From: Seison nebaliae
Taxonomy: Eukaryota
Assembly: GCA_023231475.1 (NCBI GenBank)
Contig: JALJEE010000954.1
Coordinates: 62,001 to 104,044, forward strand
DNA length: 42,044 nt
Direction of reading: 5' to 3'
A program made the translations under genes and the position numbers. This document shows positions 27,270-40,000 of this stretch, in pieces. A model generated the notes under the pieces. It was not told the DNA's origin. It did no database searches and was given only the letters and a program-made list of their open reading frames with translations. How positions within the stretch are numbered: position 1 is the first letter of the stretch; the number at the start of each line of letters is the position of its first letter.

Positions 27270-30200
27270 TTAAAAAGGAATATTGTTCGTCCAAAATTGG
27301 AAAACATCGTATAGTTGTGATCGTTTCGAATTCATTGATTTCTTTATTACATTCATGATATGAACGGCTGCTTCCTTGTTACTAAGACGTGGTTGAAATC
27401 GATTGTATAACATCTCAATAGTATTACGACGGAAGCACGGTAAATTCGATTTTAACATCAGTCGAATTAATGAAATAATGTCGTCACAATATGGACGAAC
27501 AGCCAAATAGCCACGGACACACAATTCGACGAACCATTTAACTCCTTCCGATTCACCCGAAGAACCACTTCCCATAATGTTCATATATTCCACAATCAAC
27601 TTCATTTCAGGTTCGAATTTCATATTATTTCCTGGCGATGTGTCCAACATAAAACCGAAATCTATTCAAATAAATGAAAAATTAAAATTTAAATAATTTA
27701 AAATATCTTTACAAACCGATATGAATTACATTTCCTTCTTCATCGATCATAATATTGCCATTATGGCGATCTTTTATCTGCAAGAGATATAATGCTAAAC
27801 TATAACCGGCCATACTACATATAAAGTTTCGTTGTGCCTGACAATGAGAATTATTGTTGAAGATATGTTGAAAAGAAAAGGAACCTTTTGGAATTTTAAT
27901 GTGTTACTATTCCCATATTTTTTCAAGAAGTACTTATAAAGACTTTCATCTGTTCGTCGTCCTAATTGATCTCTAGATGTAGCTCGTGGAATACATTCGA
28001 TCACACCACAACCTGGTGACGTAGCGACTACTTTGTACGGAAAGAGTAAGAGTTCTATTCCTTCGTTTTTGAAAACGGTTTTCATTATATTAAAGATTTG
28101 GAGCGCTAACATATCTTGTCGGCAATCATCTCCAACCTAAAAAATAATTGATAATATATTAAAAAAATGAATTTGTTTAATGGAAAAATGTTAAACCTTA
28201 AAAATACATGCTTGTTGTCGTTCAGGATTCATAGAAACTTTTCTCATAATTTCATTCATATCCTCCATCTTTCCCAAATCCTCCAAATCTTCTATTGGAC
28301 AATGTCTGACAGTGAAATTGGCGAGATATGGTGCTTTCGCCGCACTTTGCATCGGCGTTGCAGTTTCAGCATGAATTTTAGTTACAATCGCTTCCGGATT
28401 CGATGGAATATAACAACCATCAGTCAATGGTATCTTGGAGAGAGCTGCCACACAAGCTTTTCTTCGTTCTTCCTTATGTGATTTATCTACAGCTTTTATT
28501 TGACCACTAACACTAGTAATTTCTCCAAAGAAACGGAATTCTCTTTCATAAAATTTTTGTGCAGGTCCACTAAATTGTCGACTGATTTGTTTAACTATTA
28601 TTTCGAGAGTTTCACCAATATCCGGATCTTTCTTTTCACTTCCTTCATCTGAATAGATATTTGTATTCATATTCCAAATCATTTGATGTGCTAATAATTG
28701 GGAGGATTGAGAAAGCGATAAAAGTATTGAACGAACTACACCGGATGTGTCAAATCGAATCGCTTGAACTAATTGAGGAATGATGAAAATTAATACATGG
28801 AATGGTGTTTCTCTAAGAATTCTCATACAATATTGGAGGACGATTGGATGTCTCTTATTAGGAAGTGCCAATAAAGAGATCGCTTCAGTTGTTGGAATAG
28901 CACTCCAAATTAATAATCTATTTAATTCAACATAATCAGCAGCAATGTTATCTTGAGTTAATAAGAAATTGATATGTTTTGGAAGAAGAACGAGAACATC
29001 AGGATAAATTCTTCCCAATCGTTCCAACTCTTTTCTCACTTCCACTTGATAAGAATTCTCTAATGACAAAGATGTCATTGTTATATCTTTATCCAATACA
29101 CCATCAACGACATCTTTTGGAGGTGGACGAGCAGCAACTGATGAACTTTGTGATGATGTCATATGTTTCATATAACCGATGAGATTACATGCTAATGGTG
29201 GAGAGTTATAATTGTACCAACATAAACGTACATATTCCTTCCAATCTTCTATCAAATTTGATTGATAACGAAAATTTAAAATTGGTTCAATTGCCGGTAT
29301 ATGACGAGAATGTCTCTCAATTGGATTATAAATCGTATTCATTCGTTCAATTTCATCCGCTAAAATTATTATAAGTAATTTCATCTTTTGTGTAAATGAT
29401 TCAGTGAAACGATTAGCATAAGTAATAATTTGAGAATATTTCCCACCTTTCCCATTCCGTCTCGAAGTCAATGGTGGGAGAGTTGATTGAGCGTTACCGA
29501 TCGAATTATTTGTATGAGCTAAAGGAAATTTAATGTTACCTTTTGCTATGTCGCCTGAATAATGATTATTATTATTACTCAAATTATCAGTTGTATCTGT
29601 ATAATTATTCGGTTGTTTCGAATTGTCATCTTCAGTATATTCCAGACTGTTATGATGAAAATTAAATGGTCCATTATTATTCGAATTATTATTTGGTAAT
29701 TGATCTGTCCCCGAATTCTCCACATTATTATTTGGAAGTATTTGTGAAATATTCTGCCGATTCTCATCCTCTAATGCGATTGTCTGTTGAATTTTTTTAT
29801 GACGATTTCTCTTATCTTTATCAATATAAAGTTTTGTCTCTTTTTTTGGTGCAACTCGATTATCTGATAAAATGACAGTTTTCGTAAATTTTTCCAATTC
29901 CAATTTCTCTTCTACCGTTAATCGATTAACGACATCACTCAATTCTTCATTTGAAAAACGATTGAGAAATTCAGACGGTAATAAAAATTCATTCAACCAA
30001 TGCGCTGTTGGATCTGCTAAAATATAATCAGAATTCTGACTCCTCGATGACGTGTTCTTTGAGATGATGGTGAATGACGTCTTATTTATGATGGAATTCA
30101 AAAATTGTTGTTGACCATTCTCCATCTTCTTTACTAAGGCATCGTCAAATATAAATCGTTTTTCCGAATGTAATCTCGTCCAGAAATCAGCTGCTGCTTT

Positions 30201-33200
30201 TATGGTAGAAACGCCGATTTTCCTGGCAGCTATCGATTCCACTAACAATGGCGTGGAATGATGAAGATGAAGATGAGACGAAAAATAATCGAATGCCCCA
30301 CGATAAATTTTTTCACGTAATGCCGTTCGACAAATATCGTTGACAATACTTCCACTCTGAACTAATTCTAATGCCAATGTTAAAAATCGAAATCTCGCAG
30401 CTGAACAATTGACTGATCGATTGATGGTACTTGGAGTATCATTGTTTGATTCTGAACCATCTCTCCAACCATTATCCATTTCGATATGAAGAATTGTATT
30501 GAATAAATAAAGTAAAATTTCACGTTCTTCATCATCCGGATAACTGTTAATTCCTACGAACTTTTCACAAAGAAACTTCTCAAGAATGAGTAAATGAACA
30601 ATCGATTTTCCAGCTTCTTTCAATAATTTTTGTTTCCTCAAATAATGTTGACCGATCTTCGTTTTATTATTTGTCATCTCTTCCACATGTTCAACATAGA
30701 ATAACGGATCTGCCATATTCTCCACCACCTCCTTACAGAACATGCCTAAATTGAGATGTTTCGTTTTCTGGAACATATTGACGACTTCCTTTAAAAGAAG
30801 TATCGACAAATCAGATCGTTGCGAACAAATCCAATGCCAACAATCAATTAGAGAATGAATCGTTTTCTCATTAAAATTATAAATTGGCAAATGACAGATA
30901 TATGTCAATATTCGTCGTTGTTCTACTCCATTGGAAAGAATGACAAATGCCGAAGCTTTATATAAAGCTTCATCAAATGTCGATAAATTATCTAGTGAAT
31001 TCTCTAATTTTTTAAATAATTGATGTGCTAATACTCGAGTAACATCTTCTTTAGTTAAAAATATTGTACTAATATTATTACTATTTGAATCGATACCTTT
31101 TTTCTTTTCTAAATAAATCGGTGCAATTATTGATGATTTTCTCATATTTGTTAATCGAAGATCTCCCCGTTGTACTTGAAGTTCAAGTGACAATTGTTTC
31201 TCGTTTGTTGTACGTGCATTAATGACTGCTTTCATCGCTTCATGACGTCGTTGATGGAGATCGCTGAATGTGAAATGTCCTTTATAAAAGGCGTGTTGTG
31301 TCGTATAATCTCGTCGCGTATCATTAGTTGTACGAGATAAACTTGAATCATTTGCCAATGTTTGTTTCTGATTCAATTCCAAATTCATGACATGTTGAGC
31401 GAAATCGTGGATGACTTGCAATCCCAGATTAATTCCAGCAGATTCTATAGTTCCATTCATATCATGATAATGTTGACCGTCATCCTGATTTTTATAATCG
31501 GCAAAAAATGGTGCATCACAATTCGTCAAATTACTATTATTTAGATTTAATTCAATTAAATAATCGAACCAATCTTTTATTATCATTCTATTGTGATGAG
31601 GATGATGGTGATGAAGATGAGAATTGTGATGTATTTCATCGCTGTTGACGTCGTCAATTAAAATCGTTTCATCTTCATCATCATCAACATCTTCAATATC
31701 TCCATCAATATTCAATTCATTCTCTTCTAACAATTCATCATTTTCTGTCGTTCCACTCATTATTTCATCACCATATTCTGAATGACGATTATTTAACATT
31801 TTCCCTTCATAATCATTTCTTCCCGTTATTCTAATCATCTCCTCCACATTTCCTTCTTCCTGCAAATCTTCATATATTGTCTCAATAACTCGTCTTCCAC
31901 TTCCTTCCTCATCCTCCTCATCATTGTTGGCGTTATTATTATGATTTTTATTTCGATTACGATTTGGACTTAGACGACCAGGTGAACGTGTAGTTTCCGT
32001 TTTCCTTCTCATATTCGTCAACAATTTCAAACCGTGTGAACTTCCGATAGAAACTCGCGTAGTATTCGACGTTCCATCTTTCTTCCTATTACCAATACCC
32101 ATTTTCGTCATTGTTTGTTTCGCTGATTTCGATATGTCTGTTATTAATTTATTTTTTTTATTTTTATTGAAAAAATCAAATCGTCTCGTTGTTCCTGTAC
32201 GTCCACCATCATCATCATCATCATCTTCAACATCGTCATCGTTTACTTCATCATCTGTATCGACATGATTCACCATCTTATTATTGAAACGAACAAGAGC
32301 TTGTCGTCCATCATCTCCATCTTTCTCTGATGTTTGAACTTTGATGAAATTAAATGGATTTATCCGTTCCATCTTCCACAAATAAACTTCGATATGTGCC
32401 ATAGTTGTATTAGGAGCATAAACGAATGCCGACGACAAAAGTTGTATAGATCGTTGAGAGAACAAATTGACGGCTTGTCGACGTTTCTCCATCGCTTGAT
32501 GCATTTGAAGTGAATATCGTTCATAATATAAAGATTTGATTGTGTCACGATGTGATGGAATTCGTTTCATTCTATTTCCATCCATTTGATCATTCTGATT
32601 TTCATTCAATTCATTTCTCATAACTTTCAAAATATGATAAAAGAAATAGGCATTATCAAAATCATCACAATGTGACGATTCGTGGATGGCCGTATGTTGA
32701 TAACGGAAAACGAAAATTGGAGCGGTCAAATGTTCATCTATCGACAACCCATAATGTAATGCTGTTGAGATGTCCAAAATGGATGTGACGAGATTTGGAC
32801 TCCACAATAATGAATAATAATTTTGAATTAATTTCGTCAAATAACTATCAGCCAATTGTCGAACGTTCTCATCTAAATTATTAAATTTAATTAACAGAAA
32901 TGTTGTCATTTTATCAAGTTGTTGATCTCGTTCGGTTCGATGTTGAGGTTGTTTCATTTTCGTCAGAGCGATATAATTTTCGAAGAGAACATTCGCTAAA
33001 GCTTTCACCAATTCAATAATAGAACCTTTATCTCGTTGTACATTTTCCGATTGGAGATACGAGAAAATGAATTGGAAAGCGAACGTATAATCTTTAGCGC
33101 AATTCACTCTCGTCGTTTCCAATGAGATTAAATAAAGGAGGAATAATGTTGTTTGTTGATCATTGGCATTGATGATTTTGTGACATTCCGAAGTGATACT

Positions 33201-36083
33201 GAACATTTTCGTGGTTAAATTTTTAAGAATAAAACTCTTCAATGTGGAAACGGTGGAGGGTGGCAATTGAATGGAATTGATGGCCAAATTATAATGAATG
33301 TCACTTTTCAAATTCATATGACCGACGATAAATAAGGGTGCTTTTGATGCAATAATTCTCATACTTCTACTCCACTTCTCATTCAATGTGTTGGGTTGTT
33401 TAGGGAATTCAGTGAAGCCTAAAATGGTGGAATATGCCCAGAACATACGAAAGGATTGATGGACGGATTTATCGGGTACAATTGGCAAATTATATTTACA
33501 ACATAATGAGGCGATGGATGGAAGAATATGTCCAAGCAGATATGGATAATTATATTCACCAAAATTTGTAATTCTCATTCCACCCGATGAGTTTGATGAC
33601 GATAACCAATTGAATGCACAATTAGTTTTCTCCAAAATAATTTTTGCCAATTCGTTAAACACATTCAATAATTTCAATAAGAGATCAATCAAATTATCAT
33701 CCTTCACTCTATTACTTAATGATTCGACAATACGGAATGCTGTCCTCAAAGTGTGAAGATATTTCACATCGATTGTTTCGAAATATGTGTCAATGTTCGT
33801 CATTCGACACATGGAAACGGGAATATCGAAATTAGCTAATTTGATTAAACGTTGACGTTCATTCAATTGATCAGAATTTAATGATTTCGGTATCTGCAAA
33901 AGTAATTGACTGGTACGAAATATTTGAATATAATTATTGAAAACACCATTAAATTCGTTGGTGGTGGGCAATACTAGAGCAATCCGTCCCATTTGTTGGA
34001 GAATTAATGAATCGATAATTGATTGTCGAGTATCGAGTTGTTTGAGAAGATTTCTTGTAATATCAGTATCGATGATCGACATACTGGTGGCTAATTCGCC
34101 GATCGCTAAAATGATATTTGCCGCTTCTAACAATTCGTCAGTAGTTCTCACTTGACTAATTCGGAAGAAATCGTGACATAATTGATTGACATAAAGAATC
34201 GCTTTCTGTTTATCTCGATAATAAGTTGCACAAATTATTCGACAATAACATCGAACTAATGAATATCTACAACGATGTAATGTGACTAATGAATAAGTTC
34301 GATGATTTTGATGATGAATATGATGGTGATGATTATGACGATTATTATTATAAATTTTCGAATGAGTAATTGATGCTACACGATGATTCAAATGTTCATG
34401 TCCATAAATTGCGTCGTCTCCAATTAAAACTCGTAGTGCATAAATTAATTCATTTAATTGAAATTCGTCTTGGATGATGTTGTTCGAATTATCATTCTTC
34501 GATTTCCGTTTGTCATCCCCATAAAAACTATGATTATTCTTATTCGAATGTTCCATATATCGGATGCATTTGGAGAATTGTTGTTTGATGAATGTAGACG
34601 ATTTGATTAGTCGAAGAATGGCGTCACAATATTGTGTGGAATGTAAATTAATTCGACATAATAAATTGACAGATTGTATGAAAATTTCTTCGTCTTTCGT
34701 CTCTTCGATTTGATTCAATGCAAATTGATTGATGCGAATACCATCTTTCACTGTCATTTCCGTTTGAACGGAAATTATTTGCATCAATAAATTTTGACAA
34801 CGTCCAAAAATCGGTTGACGTTCACTAGTTTTATAGAGTTGTGTGACGAGATCGAGTGTCGAATTAGATAGATCGAATCGTGTAATTCTCGTGGATTTGA
34901 AAGTGAGATTATGAATAAGACCGGAAATTAACAGATCATGAATATAGAGAATATTCCGATAAGGAAATCGATTATTTGTCATTTGTTTCATTTCTTTACA
35001 AAAACAATTTAATCGTTCACCTAATTTGATTGATGGTTTGTTCAGTAAAGTAATGAAATCGGAAAAGATTTTATATAATTTACTAATTTGATTTTTAGTA
35101 TAGGGTAACATCTCGAAGGAACTACTCAAAATCTCTTCCAACGTATCGACATATTTCACTTCGGCTTCATTCTTCATCGTCTTTCTCTTCTTTTTTCTAA
35201 TCATTCGTTGACTGATGGCATTAATTAAATGATTAACATGATTCTTCTGCTCATCATCCATCGATGTTGATGATGATGTCGATTCTTGATTAATGGATTT
35301 GATTTCCGTCGGAAATATACATTTCCCATCATTCAACATTAATTGGAGACGTGTCGTAAAAAATGAAACTTTCGCATTGACTACATAACCATGCCATCGT
35401 AAATTCGTTTCATCACGAATAATTGAATAAGGAATATTATCACCTTTCTGTAATCGCATACAATAATTTTGACCGGCGAACAATTGTGTTAATAAAGGCA
35501 AATCACCAATGGACGAAATACGACCGAATGCTCGTAATAATCCGAAAAGTAACGGAAATATTTCACGTGTAACGTATTGTAATTCTGAATCGGGAACATT
35601 TTGTAAACGATTAAGAATTTCATTGAGGAATTTCGTTTGTTGTGAGAAATAGTCGTCGAGTAATTTTGAATCTCTTGAGGCGAATTCGTTCAATGTGAGA
35701 ACGAGAATGAAAACGAATACTTCAGATTCCGGTAAATAGAATGGTCGTGAATTGCAACTTATATCACGTAAAGAGATGAATGGTAAAATTTTCAATAGAT
35801 GAAGAAAATATTCGAATAATGATTTCCTCATCGATTTATATAAGACATTCTCGATACTAAAGACACAAGCTGCAAAAATGATTTCCTGCTGATGGAAACT
35901 TATCTGGAAAGCGACTGCTGATTTTTGAGAGTGTGGAAGTTTCGGTAAGAGTTGTTGAATTGTTTGAAATTTATCCACAATTACTGAATCGTTCAATGAT
36001 ATTTCGGATCGAACATATTTCAATAATCGATGCATCTCATTCCACGGACGATTAACTGTCCCGTTATGTGAAGTGTAATTCAT
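27270..36083 (-). CDS. PI4KA: Phosphatidylinositol 4-kinase III alpha
   Basis: Exons are 36083-28197, 28136-27885, 27837-27717 and 27661-27270. Motifs are the PIK helical domain ([23 protein letters not shown]), [37 protein letters not shown] and HI|DFGFM. The start is placed at the first in-frame ATG (36083), because the ORF track start at 36104 is a TTG. Confidence 0.93.
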
Positions 36084-37064
36084 TGTCAATGGAAATTTCT
36101 CCAATAGATTTCTCGTTCAAAATTTTAAAATTCAATTCTTATCTCATATGACATTTTCATTATAAATAAATTTTGCACGCTCACTTTTCCTTACTGATTT
36201 TATAACGAAACGAATAATTCTACTTATATAATACACGAACACATAAGCACACTACATACACACAAAGGCAATCGACATGAATTCATTAACGAATTTCACT
36301 TTATTTTCCCCTTTACCAGATTTGTCTGTGGAGGAAATTTATGTAGGAATTTTTTTTTCTCAAATTTAAAATATAAGTCAATCCAATTCGTCAAATTATA
36401 ATTTCGTTTATCTTAATGACGATCCAAATAGAATTATTCTTCTGCTTGTTGGATGGGGAGAAGGAGAAGGAGAGAAACATCTTCAATAATGATTGATCAA
36501 TTGATGACGATTTTAAAATGAAAACGAATAATTGTAACTGTAGTCGGAAGGAAAGGAAAGGAAAGGAGAAGGAGAAGAGAATCAATAGTTTTTTTTATGT
36601 TTCCTTCTCTTTTAAAAGTTAGTCGGTAATATAATCATGAATTCCATAGAATTCTTCATTTAATGCAAGTTCCGAATATCGGACAGAGGACAAATAATGT
36701 GTATAAACATTCATTTGATCAAGCTTCATTTCGTCAACAACTTTTTCATTGAACTTTCCCAATCCATAATATATTGTTAAAAAGCATTAAGACTAATTTC
36801 AGTGAATGCAAATTCATATTTATTTCTCATTAAAATTCTACATATGAATTATAATTAATCTATTCTTTACTAATTTGATAATACGAACATGTTTATTTCG
36901 AAATATCTAACATATATTGTAACATAACTTTTTCATCTATAACGATAACTATAAAGAAATTTCTAAAAGTGCAATATTTCTCCTCAATATTAAATGACTA
37001 GACTGGCTACTTATATGACTAGAATGTTATTCGTTAATTAAGGTATAGTAATTAATAGTAAATG

Positions 37065-40000
37065 TTACGCTGGAACGCTGAATAAATTAGCGATAGTTAG
37101 CCAAGTTTCTCCGTATGTCTTGAAGAGTTTGCTTGCTTCCAACGTTATCGCATACAAGTTGATGAACGGGTTAGTGGTGTTGGCATATTCACCAAAAACT
37201 CCTAAATGCCTCACTAATAAGTTGTCGTATATTTTATGTTTTTCTAATATTTTCTGTCTGTCTGCACAAACCTCAAATGGAGCACCCGATATGCAACACA
37301 CGCTATCATCATGGAAAAACGGTATGAACATATTGAGCATTTCACAAAAATCTGAATTCTGAGTTCGGCTTAACATTCTCTGCATATGGACGCCAGTCGT
37401 AGTCTTGAATGCGTACGTATTGTATGCTGCTATGTATACATCAATATTCTCACCTACAATAAATTTCAGACCAAATCCCCAATCAATTAGCTGAGGGAAT
37501 TTCCAAGATATATTATCTTTACTTCGAATTATAATATTCCCTGCATGAACATCGCCGTGACCCAATGTGTATGAATGAGGTCCGAAAATCTAAAAATTTA
37601 ATGGTATTATATTAAGAATGTTTAATTAATGTTATTATTAATTATTTTTTTTTTTTTTTTTTTTTTATTTATAGCAAATCCCCGCGGGGTAAATTTCATA
37701 AATTATATTACTCAAACATAATTATTAATATGAATAATATAGTATATTATATTATTATATAAATATATATTTTATAAAATATAAATTAACCTTACTATCA
37801 TGGAATAACGGATAAGTGTTATACGTAAAATGACTGATTTGCAATTGGCGTAGTAAGAGAATGAGAAAGCGATAACCATCTTTTACTTTCGAACTAAATT
37901 TCCTGTCTTGTCGGTAATGTGGAAAAACTAGATCGCCTGAATTGATGAATTTGTCGCCCTTTGCGAATGATTGTTGTAGACAATATGATCGAAAATCATC
38001 CACCAATTCAAGGGAGGAATCTTAACGAACGAATTTATTAGAAATGCACAAATTTCGAAGGAAACCTTTAAAACGTATCGATTTGATGGGCTCTGGTATA
38101 GGATGAGTAACTTCCATTGATACCAGAAAGACATTTGGAAATTCAGGATGAACAACATAAGGAGCTATTCCAATCAAGTTATTTGCTTCAATTACCATTT
38201 CGCTTAACAGATGCATTACTAGAATAAAAGTTAATTAAAATGAAATGGGAAGTTCAATATACCTTTCACCACAACATCTCCTTTTGCACTTTTTAGAAGA
38301 ACTGCTGAACCTTGTGAACCTTCTCCCAATAATCTCTATATCAATAAAAGAAAATTTAAGTAAGTAGTTAAATAATAACAATTATTTCTTTACCATCATA
38401 ATATCTTTTATAGCTTAGATCGGCACCTAATAGGTTGGTTATTTTATCACCACACATCATGTTAACTTCGATATCTCTTTTTGGTTTAAAAACATAATGT
38501 CTCTTTTTATGAAAAAAATTATCGACGGAGCTCAGAACATATTTGTTGTCCACTGATTTAACGAAGCGACGTCCTGCTTCAGTTAGTTTGATCACTGCTG
38601 GACCGGTGGGTTTTAAAGCAATTTTTGGTAATGCTTTGTTTCTGAAATTGACTTCATATAATTCTATTTGATGCTTTTCAGCAAATTCTTTTAATGAAAC
38701 GTGTCCATTAATCTCTCCGGGCTCGTCCTTTGAGAAAGTGTTAGATAAAAAGAGAAAAAACGTAGAAACTTCCATCGCTTTTGGTACCTAATTAATTGAA
38801 AATTAATAGAATTAAAAGTTAATTATTTCTTATTAACCATGGGCACTAAATCTTTGTTTTTCCTGGTTGTTAACTCTCGGTTATTCTCAGAATCGTCTCC
38901 CATGTTAGTTATTTTTCCTCTTGAACGCTTTTTGACTTCTGGAGGTATTAATGATGCAGATCCTGGCTGAGGAGTTCCAGCTGGTTCAAGTCCGGGAACA
39001 GGGGTTCCATATTGTTCAAATCCTGGCTGAGGAGTTCCATCTGCTTCAAATCCGGGAAGAGGGGTTCCAGGTAGTGAAAGTCCGGGAATAGGGGTTCCAA
39101 CTGATGCAAGTCCTGGATTAGGCGATGGCACCAGTTTGGGTTCCGGTTTAGAGGTTATCACCGGTTCAGGTTCTGGTTCAGAGGCTGCTACAGGTTCATC
39201 TCCTGAAGAAACAGTTATTTGTGGTGCAGCTTCCGGAGACGGAGATCCTGTTTTAACTGGCGATGGAGATATCTTGGGTGCAGTTGATGGTTGTGGAGAA
39301 TCAGTCTTAACCATATCCGGTGGTGATGGAGAACCTCGTTTGGAGGGTCCTGGTGGGACAATAGCAGCAGTTGATTCATCGACTGCGTTATCATTATTCG
39401 TTTCGTCGTCAGAATCATCACTGAATGCGAAAGCTGAACGAGGTTTTCTTAATGGTCTTTTAAATTTCCGGTCTGATTTCGCGTCGGAATTAACTTGAGC
39501 CGTTTCACCCGGATCAATAGAAAGACCTGGTATAGTAGTAGTAGTAGTTGTTTCAGCAGCAACAGTTGGTTCCTCGACTGTGTTATCATTATTCGCTTCG
39601 CCGCCAGAATCATCACTGAATGCGAAAGCTGAACGAGGTTTTCTTAACGGCCTTTTAAATTTCCGGTCTGATTTCACGTCGGAATTAACTTGACCCGTTT
39701 CACCCGAATTAATAGAAAGGCCTGGTATAGCAGTAGTAGTAGTAGTGGTTTCAGCGGCAATATTTGTTTCAGCCATAGGATTATCTTGTTTTGACTCTTC
39801 GTCAAATTCGTCATCAGATATGAAAGATGCTCTCGAACCTTGATCTCTAGAAGTCTTTTCTGGAGTTATACTTTAAATTTGAAACAATATTTAACTTCTT
39901 CTTGGGAACTAGTTTCAATTCCTGAGAGGTTTTGCAGAATATTACTAAATGAAATTTGTAAAACTTCTGAAACTTGCTGGCGTTGGGCGAGAATGACGCG

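Noticed and set aside
38949..39116. CRISPR-like periodic repeats
   Set aside because: The 30-nt period is an in-frame coding repeat in a spliced eukaryotic gene, with no unique spacers or cas genes.
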